Shown one piece after another: positions 9,705-17,872 of a stretch of DNA of 58,119 nucleotides. The translations under genes and the position numbers were made by a program. The DNA lies in IMG/VR virus record IMGVR_UViG_3300046167_000289, positions 1 through 58,119 of that record; one strand, given 5' to 3'. Below the pieces are notes generated by a model. That model did no database searches, was not told the origin of the DNA, and saw only the letters and a program-made list of their open reading frames with translations. The first letter of the stretch is position 1. Every line of letters starts with the position of its first letter. The DNA comes from a virus (taxonomy: Duplodnaviria > Caudoviricetes).

Positions 9705-9878
9705 TTACTCTGGTTTTAATAATTCGTTTTTAACTATTTGTTTGTACTCCTGTGGGCAATCCTTATCTGTTAGTTCAAAGATGTAGGTTTCATACTCACC
9801 TACCTTAGTCTCTAATTCAAATAATCTTTTCTGTAATGCAGTAATCTGTGCATTTTTAAAATCTATCAAGTCTTTCAT
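9705..9878 (-). CDS. Hypothetical coiled-coil protein (57 aa)
   Basis: MKDLIDFKNAQITALQKR...; conserved at 46656-46829. Confidence 0.65.
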   Translation of the reverse strand: MKDLIDFKNAQITALQKRLFELETKVGEYETYIFELTDKDCPQEYKQIVKNELLKPE

Positions 9879-9881
9879 TAT

Positions 9882-10067
9882 TTAGTTGTTTATATTTACG
9901 TTTAATCCTAAGTAGTTTCTTGTACCTCTTTCTGGTATCTTTACTTGGTAGTTAATCTTTATATCAGTTAGATTACTGTCTTGTTCTAAATGATACTCAA
10001 TCTGTTTCTTTAGCTTATCCCAAGCTGAATCGTTTATCGCTTTAATACTATTACTTTGTTCCACCAT
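9882..10067 (-). CDS. Hypothetical protein (61 aa)
   Basis: Homologue in copy B (46833-47015). Confidence 0.7.
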   Translation of the reverse strand: MVEQSNSIKAINDSAWDKLKKQIEYHLEQDSNLTDIKINYQVKIPERGTRNYLGLNVNINN

Positions 10068-10114
10068 TGCTTTAATTTAATTATTAATATTCTCATTTGT
10101 TTAATTGTTCTATG

Positions 10115-10159
10115 CAAACATACAAATAATTATTTAATAAAATGTTAAAGAAATGTTAA
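10115..10159 (-). promoter_or_regulatory. Promoter with -7 TATGTTTG and TTAACA-N5-TTAACA box over the -33 position
   Basis: Motifs read directly; conserved in copy B about 47196-47241. Confidence 0.6.
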
Positions 10160-10164
10160 AGTTA

Positions 10165-10191
10165 AAAAAGGAGAGGCTTTTACACCTCTCC
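10165..10191 (-). terminator. Intrinsic terminator
   Basis: GGAGAGG/CCTCTCC stem plus U run on minus strand. Confidence 0.7.
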
Positions 10192-10234
10192 ATCATTAAA
10201 AACAAACATATAATAATAAAAACAAAAAAGAAAA

Positions 10235-10690
10235 TTAAACGCAAATAAACTCAGGGTCTTTTAAATAGTTATCTGTATCAAAGTATATCCATTCATTAGT
10301 AACTTGTATTCTCTCTATTCCATATTGAATAAGACCCCTAATCATCTTAAACCTCTTAGTCTTGTTGATACACCTAAATTTAATTGACTTACCAACTCTA
10401 TGACCACTATTACTCGGTAGTGCTATCTTATCAGCATAAGTCTTACTCGTATACCCTTGAAGTATGAATCCTGACATTCTATCTTTCCTAAATACCTCAT
10501 CTAATATGAAAACTGGTTCACTTTCCATAAAGTATTTTCCACTACCCAATTTGTCAGGACTATCAAACATACTCCACTTCAAAACAGATAAACCTTCGCA
10601 ATCCATTTCTTCAGTATAGGAATCAGTATAATCAACCTTATGTAAAGAAAAACTATATTGTTTTCTTTTATATTCCTTAGACATATACAA
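10235..10690 (-). CDS. Degenerate peptidase M15-like protein (probably inactive)
   Basis: Aligns to the endolysin (GY, SGH, RF...GIERI..WIYFD) but lacks the Asp and second His Zn ligands. Confidence 0.65.
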   Translation of the reverse strand: MYMSKEYKRKQYSFSLHKVDYTDSYTEEMDCEGLSVLKWSMFDSPDKLGSGKYFMESEPVFILDEVFRKDRMSGFILQGYTSKTYADKIALPSNSGHRVGKSIKFRCINKTKRFKMIRGLIQYGIERIQVTNEWIYFDTDNYLKDPEFICV

Positions 10691-10699
10691 ATATAATCA

Positions 10700-10917
10700 T
10701 TATAGGACAAATAAAAAACTCTTTGTTAATAAGTATGTATTTTTTTTATTGAATAGAGGTCAAATATCTTATATTTATTTTTATACTATAATAGTATTAT
10801 TTTTAAATATAATATTAATTATTATTATTATTTTTTTATAATTATTTTTATAATAGTGAAGTATTAATAAATTACAAAGTTATATATTTTTTTTTAAATA
10901 ACCTAATAAAATATAAT
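10700..10917. other. Very AT-rich intergenic region, possible replication origin
   Basis: About 200 bp nearly devoid of G/C, conserved in copy B. Confidence 0.3.
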
Positions 10918-11310
10918 TTATTTTTTAAACGTAATGTTACCTGCTATCTTTTCAGCACTTCTACCAACTACATAACCTCCAATACCTAACTGTAATAAGT
11001 TCCAAAACTCATTCTCTAAAGGAGGAATAGGTAAGTTAAATAAAGGTGCAATGAACTTAACATAGATAACTATAAAACCAAATGCTAACATAAGTATTGG
11101 TCGCCAACTTCTCTGTAACCAATTACCATTTGCTTCTGTAACAATTATTTCTGTTTGTAGTTTCTGTAATTCTAATTGTTGTTCTTGTAGTACCTTGAAT
11201 ATCTCATTCTTGGCTTTTAAGCGTTCTTCTTCTGTGGTAAATAGTTTATCTATCGCATTACCTATTTCTTTAATTACACCACCAGTAAACCAATTTAGTA
11301 TCTTTTTCAT
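10918..11310 (-). CDS. Holin-like protein (3TM/GTA-holin type)
   Basis: LFTTEEERLKA, WLQRSWRP, TM helices, LGIGGY..GRS.EK. Confidence 0.8.
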   Translation of the reverse strand: MKKILNWFTGGVIKEIGNAIDKLFTTEEERLKAKNEIFKVLQEQQLELQKLQTEIIVTEANGNWLQRSWRPILMLAFGFIVIYVKFIAPLFNLPIPPLENEFWNLLQLGIGGYVVGRSAEKIAGNITFKK

Positions 11311-11355
11311 CTGTATAAGTTTAGTTATTTACCCTTGTTCGATTAACGAGAGTAA

Positions 11356-11493
11356 TTACTCCCATCGTACTTGTATCTGACCAAAGAATAAAAACAGATT
11401 AAGTTCTGAATATTCAAATCCTTTCTCTGGTTCGTGATACTGCCATCCTAACATCATTGCGTTAGGTACTAATAAAATTAAGTTTATTTCCAT
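11356..11493 (-). CDS. Hypothetical protein (45 aa)
   Basis: MEINLILLVPNAMMLGWQY...; conserved at 48438-48575. Confidence 0.55.
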   Translation of the reverse strand: MEINLILLVPNAMMLGWQYHEPEKGFEYSELNLFLFFGQIQVRWE

Positions 11494-11694
11494 AATAACT
11501 TTTGGTTATAACTATTAGTTAATATAATCTTGATTTCTTATCATATTAAATCCCTTTTGTAAAGAGAATTAATTTTTTTATACTTAATACTATTATTAAT
11601 AACCAACCAAATAACATTAGTAGGTTTGGATATTTAACACAGTCAGTTCTTATGATTGCTCCCATAATAAACATAACCGTATGAAATAATCCTC

Positions 11695-12023
11695 TTAATA
11701 TGTCCAAATTACATTGTCTCGCTTTTTCTTTGTCATCATCTACGTGGATGAATGAACTTGCAACACCTATTCTATTAAAGCCGACACTTATAAGAGCGTT
11801 TAAGACAATATATCTTGTACTGCTATCATTTGCCCTTATATCTACCGCAAGTCCTTTTAAATGGCTTGAATTAGGTTTACCACCTACTCTTGCATTTTGG
11901 TCTGCATTTCTGTAAGCAGAATTAATTGTAAAAGGTATGTTAGCCAACTCTCTTGCCTTCATCTAATTTAGCAAGAAAGTCAGCATCCATTTTATACTCT
12001 ATTTCTTTAAAGTATTTACTCAC
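11695..12023 (-). CDS. Endolysin, peptidase M15; two 1-nt insertions in this copy, probably errors
   Basis: SAYR...SSHLKGLAVDI...FIHVD; intact in copy B. Confidence 0.85.
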
Positions 12024-12166
12024 TCTTATTTTTTAAGTTAAAAATCTTTAGAACTGTATATGCAATAGACACCTACTAAAAGCGTTAATTTTAGCCATTG
12101 CTCTGCATCAGAGAAACTCACTGTGAAAGTAAGGAAATTTATAAACGCTAATTTTAGGTCTTGCAT
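12016..12166 (-). CDS. Small hydrophobic holin candidate (1-nt insertion in this copy)
   Basis: MQDLKLAFINFLTF...; intact 49 aa at 49096-49245, directly upstream of the endolysin. Confidence 0.55.
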
Positions 12167-12175
12167 ATCCACTTT

Positions 12176-12577
12176 TTACAATTTTAGTGAATCATAGCTT
12201 AACCCAAAGAAAGAATGTACTCCATCACCCTCGATTTCTACTGCGTAAGATTTCCAACCATAAGGATGGTCTACTGATGTTACTTCTGGTGTTACAATCA
12301 TACCCTCATCATCTAAAACAGCTTCCTCTTCTACTGTTGTGATTTCTGCATCATCCCAAGCAACATCTAAATGCCATTTGTCAGATAATACTGGAGCAGT
12401 AATTTCTTCTCCCTCTTCATCGTATTCCCCTTGTTCTAAAACGATGTTCCCTAATTGTACAATAGTACTTTTGTGAGTTGGATATTCGTTTCCGTTTTCA
12501 TCTGTTGCAGTTCCTAAAGCATCAATCTTTTCTTGTGCTTGTTCTTTACTGTTAAACTCGTATTTTGAAATTCTCAT
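12176..12577 (-). CDS. Acidic tail-fibre-associated hypothetical protein
   Basis: Follows the receptor-binding cluster; identical protein in copy B. Confidence 0.7.
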   Translation of the reverse strand: MRISKYEFNSKEQAQEKIDALGTATDENGNEYPTHKSTIVQLGNIVLEQGEYDEEGEEITAPVLSDKWHLDVAWDDAEITTVEEEAVLDDEGMIVTPEVTSVDHPYGWKSYAVEIEGDGVHSFFGLSYDSLKL

Positions 12578-12598
12578 TGTATATAATTTATATTGTTA

Positions 12599-13843
12599 TT
12601 AGTTGCTTGTTAATGCTTGTAATTCGCTATTTGATAATCTTGTGTTGTAAAGTTTAACCTCTTTGTAAGGTTTATTTAAGTTAGCAGTACCACTAAAACT
12701 ACCTAAATGTACCTTACTACAAATAGGAGTTGTAGCACTATTATCAACCCCTGCTAAAACACCATTTACATAAAGAACACAATCATTATTTTTATAACCA
12801 AGTGCAACTTTCAAATTACCTCTTCTTCCTGATGGTGTAGTTTCTTGAATTTCACAACCACCTGTTGTAATAGCATACATTGCACCTGATGATAATTGAG
12901 CAACATATATCCTGTTTGTTGAAGTTCCATCTGATAAAGTAATTCCTCTTGCAATGGAAGAGTAAGAATAATCTAAATCCTTAAATTCAAAATATACACT
13001 TCCCTCTGTTTGTCCTATAACACCACTTGGTGGAGTTTGAATTGTACTTTCTGCAACCCTCGTTACTGCACTTCCAGATGTAGGAATATACGATGTAGCG
13101 TAACTGCCTTCTTCTACTTGTGCGCCATAAATGTAAACCCCATCACCAATGTTTCCATTGTAAGATGCATCTCTACCATCTGTTGCTGAATTAATTAAAT
13201 CAATAGAAAGATTTCCTCCAGAAGCGGTTTTTGTAGCAGTAAAAGAACATCTGTACCAACCATTTCCGTAGTTTTCAATAGAACTTGAAATTGCACCAGA
13301 ACCAATATTACCAACAATACCATTTTCTAAATCAAAATTAGCAAAAGTATTTCCAACCCATCCAGCACCACCACCTTGTAATTGTATAAATGAAATTTCT
13401 TTCTTTTTAGCAAACACACTCATTGTGTAAGTTGTGGCATTCAAAAAACTTATATTCTTATAAATACCTTGTACATTCCCATTACCACCAGAAACTAATA
13501 ATTCAGCATTTAAAGTTCCATCTGGCGAAATTACATCTGTTGTATCTGATGCACTTGCACCATTTACTTGTGTCCAAATTGAAAAAATAGAAGAATAAGT
13601 AACTAAATTACTCCTACTCGGCTCTAACAACAAAGCACCTTTAGTATTATCCTTATAATCTACTCTTGATTCTCCACTACCAACAGTTTCAATTAAACCA
13701 TCTTTATTTACAACAGTAGCTGAACTTCCTCTACTAAAGTCAAAAGGTAATGGCTTATAGTTGTTATTTTCATCATTGTAAGCAAGTATAGTATCTTTCT
13801 TCCCATACCATTCTCCGTTACCAAATTTTAATGTATTCGCCAT
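12599..13843 (-). CDS. Receptor-binding/tail fibre paralogue 3, allele A (C-terminal LamG-like)
   Basis: FDFSR.S.AT..NKDGLIE, SPDG, ATSYIPTSG, LYVNG...LYNTRLS. Confidence 0.75.
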   Translation of the reverse strand: MANTLKFGNGEWYGKKDTILAYNDENNNYKPLPFDFSRGSSATVVNKDGLIETVGSGESRVDYKDNTKGALLLEPSRSNLVTYSSIFSIWTQVNGASASDTTDVISPDGTLNAELLVSGGNGNVQGIYKNISFLNATTYTMSVFAKKKEISFIQLQGGGAGWVGNTFANFDLENGIVGNIGSGAISSSIENYGNGWYRCSFTATKTASGGNLSIDLINSATDGRDASYNGNIGDGVYIYGAQVEEGSYATSYIPTSGSAVTRVAESTIQTPPSGVIGQTEGSVYFEFKDLDYSYSSIARGITLSDGTSTNRIYVAQLSSGAMYAITTGGCEIQETTPSGRRGNLKVALGYKNNDCVLYVNGVLAGVDNSATTPICSKVHLGSFSGTANLNKPYKEVKLYNTRLSNSELQALTSN

Positions 13844-13844
13844 C

Positions 13845-15083
13845 TTATAATGTGTTTAAATTTAATTCTGTTACTAATTCGTTTAATGAACGATAACTTG
13901 TCATATATTCTAATTCTTCGTCTGTTAGTGCTGTATCGTAGTAGCCAATTTCTTTTGTTTTTCCGTAGAATTCTGATGCTGTTGAAGAGAAATTTACTTC
14001 TTTTAAAACACCATTTGCAAATGTATTACCTACATTACTTGAACCTACCTCAAAACCATTTAAAAATAAACTAAAATCATTTTGTTTGTACTTTAAAATT
14101 ATTTTATTTGATAACGTAGCATTAAAAGATGTTGCATTAAATAAAAATTGTTGGCTACCATTGTTTACAATGGCATACAAAGAACCATCTCCATTAGCAA
14201 TCTGAAACCTAACATATTGAGAAGCAACTACTGCATTTGATACTTCAATTCTTCTTGTACCACCTCCAGCACCAACAAAAGCACTTATATCAGCAAACAA
14301 TACACCCTCACTATCATTAAACACTTCACTATTACCAGAACCAGTAGCGGTTTCAGCAGCACGTTGTACTGTTGAGCCAGAGGTTGGGATGTAGGAGGTG
14401 CTAAATGAATTTGTTCTAACTGAAAACCCCAAGCAGTATGTCAGCAGTTTCTCCATTTGAACCAGTTAAACCAATTCCATATTTATCTGGAGATGTCATT
14501 AACATTTGTAAAAGCTAAATCTTTGCCATTCGCTCCTAACCCATTCAGTTGTTATTTGTTGTGATACATAAGTTCCATTATTATTAGCAATAAGTATTGT
14601 AGGTGTACCATTTAAAGATTTTAACCAAACACTTAAACCTCTATTAGAACTTGATGTTGTAATTGATTTATAAATAGAACTATAATCTCCAACACCACTT
14701 GCTCTTGAAACTTGTATTCTATCTGCATTTTGTGTTCCATCTGGAGAAATTCCATAATCAGAAGTGATAATTGGTGAAGAACTTCCAGAACTATTAACTT
14801 TATTCCAACTTGAATCACTAAAATCTTCTGAATAAGTAGCCAAGTTAGTAGCACTATTCTCTAACAAAAGAACACCATCTGCACTATCTGTATAATCTAT
14901 TCTTGGTATATTATTACCTACTACTTCTATTAATCCCTCTTTGTTTACTCTTGTAGCAATACTATCTCTTTCAAAATTGAAAGGTAGAGGTTTATAGTTT
15001 TCGTTCTCTGAATTGTATGCAAGTAAAGAATTTTTCTTCGTTGCCCAATTTCCATCTGTTCCTAAATTAAGTGTATTACTCAT
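13845..15083 (-). CDS. Receptor-binding paralogue 2, allele A; frame broken at about 14400-14540
   Basis: N- and C-terminal parts match the 427-aa copy B protein; middle domain differs. Confidence 0.7.
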
Positions 15084-15096
15084 ATATTTAATATTA

Positions 15097-15771
15097 TTAT
15101 TTTGTCCAATTTAATTTTGCTCCTTTACTTATATTATCTATTGCCCACAATGGTCTTAAGTTTGTATAATGACAAAGTTGTTTTAATTCTTGTTCTGTTT
15201 TTGCAGAAGCTAAAGGTATATTGTGGTCTATATGCCACTTTCCTTGATTATCCCAATTCATACCATTACTAAATTGATTTTCTATATGTTGTTTAGCAAC
15301 TTTCCAATCTACACCTAACATTTCTTGAGTTTTAGTGTTTTTAGAATAACCTTTGTTTTTAAAAGCATAATAAGTTCTTGACCTTAAATTATGTTTCATT
15401 TTAAATAAAGGCTCTGTTTCTTTTCTTTTTCTTTCGTATTCTTTTCTATATTCTCTATTAGCCTCTCTATATTCTTTTTGATACTTTTTATAATGCTCTT
15501 TATTATCTTCTTTATATACTTTATAATGTTCTTTAAGATACTCTTTATTTTCTTCTCTGTATTTCTTTTGATATTTCTTTATATCTTCTTTATTATCTTC
15601 AACGTATTTTTTACTACGTTCCTTTATAATTTCTGTATTTTTTTCGTAATATTTTTGATTGTATTTTTTTTTACAGCATTTACATTCATTTCTGTATCCA
15701 TCTTTAGATGATTTACGTTTAGGAAATTCAGTTAATAGTTTCTCTATTTTACAATGCTTACAAGTTTTCAT
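15097..15771 (-). CDS. HNH-type endonuclease with N-terminal Zn ribbon, copy A only
   Basis: CKHC...CKCC, K/E/Y-rich linker, WHIDHNIP...HYTNLRPLWAIDN. Confidence 0.8.
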   Translation of the reverse strand: MKTCKHCKIEKLLTEFPKRKSSKDGYRNECKCCKKKYNQKYYEKNTEIIKERSKKYVEDNKEDIKKYQKKYREENKEYLKEHYKVYKEDNKEHYKKYQKEYREANREYRKEYERKRKETEPLFKMKHNLRSRTYYAFKNKGYSKNTKTQEMLGVDWKVAKQHIENQFSNGMNWDNQGKWHIDHNIPLASAKTEQELKQLCHYTNLRPLWAIDNISKGAKLNWTK

Positions 15772-15800
15772 AAAATCAATATTTTTTCTTATAATTCATA

Positions 15801-17075
15801 CTATTCAACCGAATATAATTGAGAATTAGCCATATCTTGAAAAGATACCCAAGACGTTAGTGTTTCTAATTCGCTATCTGTTAATGCAGTATCAAAGTAT
15901 TGTAGTTGTTTAGTGTTTCCGTAGAAAGGAAAAGAACCAGTAAACTGCTTGAAATCTAAACTATCTAAAGATGAATTACCAGTTGAACCACTTAATTGCT
16001 CATCAACTTTAAATCCATTTACATACAAGTTAAAATCAGAATTCGACCATTTAAAAGATATTTTATTGTAATCAGTAATATTAAAATCATCATAAGTAGC
16101 AACATAAATTGCAATACTATTATTAATATAAGCAACTTTTATCCTATTACCAGCGTTATCATATCTTAAGAATAATCTTTGAGAGATGTTTTGGCTGTTA
16201 TATATCTGTAAATATCTTATAGAACCATCATCAACAAACCCACTTATCTCTGCCATCAAAACACCCTCACTATCATTAAAAGTAGCTGCATCTCCAGAAC
16301 CAGTAGCAGTTTCAGCTGAACGAGTAACTGCACTTCCGTTAGTTGGAATGTATGATGTTGGATAAGAACCATTTTCGAATTGCAAACCAAAAATATATAA
16401 ACCATCTACACCATTAGCAACCCAATCATCTTGATAACTTTCATTAGTTACTCTAACTGTATAATTACCTACTGAATAAGTTACGTTTGTAGCAGTTACA
16501 GAATATCTATACCAACCATTACCATAACTTTCAACTTTTACTGTTGAATTAGTTGAATGAATAGTACCGTTTGAAGAATCTCCTTTAACTTCGTGTGCAG
16601 TAGTTCCATCATAAAAATATAATCTAAATTTACTATAATTTCCAGCTTTTATAAAAACAGATAATGTATTAGTTCCAGCAGTTAAAGAAGCATTTTGATA
16701 TATTTGATGCCTACTATTAGCTGTTGTTGGTCTTAAAAAAGTTCCGTTTAAAACACCGCTTGGAGATATATTTTGATTACTTATTATATCTAAATTAGTT
16801 GATGAATAACCACTCAAATCTTCACTATTTGTAATTAAATTAGTTCTCTGTGGCTCTAAAATATGATGCGGACATCCACTTACAACACCATCAATCATTG
16901 GATAGTTTAATCTTGATACTCCGTTTCCAACTGTTTCAATCAGTCCATCTTTATTTATTCTTGTTGCTGAACCACTACGTGAAAAGTCAAAATCCCCTAC
17001 ACCACTTGATGGTAGTACGGAATAAAACTTGCTTCCTTGTGCAGCTGGTATTAATGCTAATTTTGGTTTTGCCAT
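15801..17075 (-). CDS. Receptor-binding/tail fibre paralogue 1
   Basis: Same architecture as paralogues 2 and 3; identical protein in copy B. Confidence 0.75.
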   Translation of the reverse strand: MAKPKLALIPAAQGSKFYSVLPSSGVGDFDFSRSGSATRINKDGLIETVGNGVSRLNYPMIDGVVSGCPHHILEPQRTNLITNSEDLSGYSSTNLDIISNQNISPSGVLNGTFLRPTTANSRHQIYQNASLTAGTNTLSVFIKAGNYSKFRLYFYDGTTAHEVKGDSSNGTIHSTNSTVKVESYGNGWYRYSVTATNVTYSVGNYTVRVTNESYQDDWVANGVDGLYIFGLQFENGSYPTSYIPTNGSAVTRSAETATGSGDAATFNDSEGVLMAEISGFVDDGSIRYLQIYNSQNISQRLFLRYDNAGNRIKVAYINNSIAIYVATYDDFNITDYNKISFKWSNSDFNLYVNGFKVDEQLSGSTGNSSLDSLDFKQFTGSFPFYGNTKQLQYFDTALTDSELETLTSWVSFQDMANSQLYSVE

Positions 17076-17080
17076 TGTTT

Positions 17081-17263
17081 TTAATTTTGTATGTCTTGTA
17101 TTCCTATTCTATGTATTGAATCAGCTAAACATTTCTTTGCTTCAACTTCTTGTCTATCCTCCATATTAAACTGACCTTGTATCATTTCAGTAGATGTCCC
17201 TATTGAAGATGCAGTATCAATCGTAACTCCCCACCAAGTACTATCGTATATTTCGTTTGCCAT
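17081..17263 (-). CDS. Small putative virion protein (60 aa)
   Basis: In late operon; identical in copy B. Confidence 0.65.
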   Translation of the reverse strand: MANEIYDSTWWGVTIDTASSIGTSTEMIQGQFNMEDRQEVEAKKCLADSIHRIGIQDIQN

Positions 17264-17318
17264 CTTTCTTTTTCTTATCTTTGTTAAACTCTTTATAAAA
17301 ACTATTTAACTTTATTAT

Positions 17319-17346
17319 GTTAACTGTTTTTGTTTTATATGTCTTT
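17319..17346 (-). promoter_or_regulatory. Putative late promoter
   Basis: AAAGAC-N16-GTTAAC. Confidence 0.5.
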
Positions 17347-17359
17347 TTTTTTAAACTCA

Positions 17360-17872
17360 TTACAAAACAAAACTTGAAAACTCATTAGCATCCTTATCAG
17401 GGTACATATCTCCGTTACTGTTATTATTATACTCAGGATATTTATTACTATTAAAGCAAATGTAATCTAAGAACCTCTTCGTATAAAACTCAGCTCTATC
17501 ATTTATCTTACTCATCATTCTATCAACATCACTATAATTAACAGAATCCGAATCTTCCCCTCTATGCTTCGATATACCTCCATTATCAATTTTAAACATA
17601 GAAAAAGGGAAGTATTCAGCTTGAGTAAACCAAATCAACATTGGCTTAATATAAACGTCTCTAAGGCTCTTATAATCACTATTAGCAGGTAAGTCTATAT
17701 CACCTGATATTATTAAAGCCTGTAACTTGTCGTATAAGTTACCACCTAAATAATTTTGTATGTGTATATCCTGTGCCACTTCAACAAAGTGAATTAACTT
17801 GTCAGCATCAGTACTACCACTAATTATTGACTTAGCTTTTAAATCTTGTATTGTTATGAATAATGCTTTCAT
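17360..17872 (-). CDS. Putative head-tail adaptor
   Basis: 170 aa directly after the portal; AQDIHIQNYLG..LY. Confidence 0.6.
   Translation of the reverse strand: MKALFITIQDLKAKSIISGSTDADKLIHFVEVAQDIHIQNYLGGNLYDKLQALIISGDIDLPANSDYKSLRDVYIKPMLIWFTQAEYFPFSMFKIDNGGISKHRGEDSDSVNYSDVDRMMSKINDRAEFYTKRFLDYICFNSNKYPEYNNNSNGDMYPDKDANEFSSFVL

Noticed and set aside
9882-10067. Gene fusion of the Zn-finger N-terminus (MEQSN) to the downstream ORF in copy A
   Set aside because: Ser codons differ (AGT versus TCA) and the GGAACAA segment aligns equally well to the downstream gene's own 5' end in B; probably coincidental.
11546-11962. 138-aa endolysin with C-terminal membrane anchor
   Set aside because: Produced by the extra base near 11720; copy B ends the endolysin at VIWTY.
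4425-12080. Pseudogenes or programmed frameshifts in exonuclease, endolysin and small holin (also 56770 and 58000)
   Set aside because: Single-base indels absent from the other copy, in apparently essential genes and without slippery sites; most likely consensus errors.
15420-15670. Tandem DNA repeats in the 224-aa HNH gene
   Set aside because: Low-complexity K/E/Y helical linker typical of such proteins, not a separate element.
12599-17075. Diversity-generating retroelement or invertase shufflon
   Set aside because: No reverse transcriptase or site-specific recombinase recognised, no adenine-specific TR/VR pair, and all paralogues are co-oriented.
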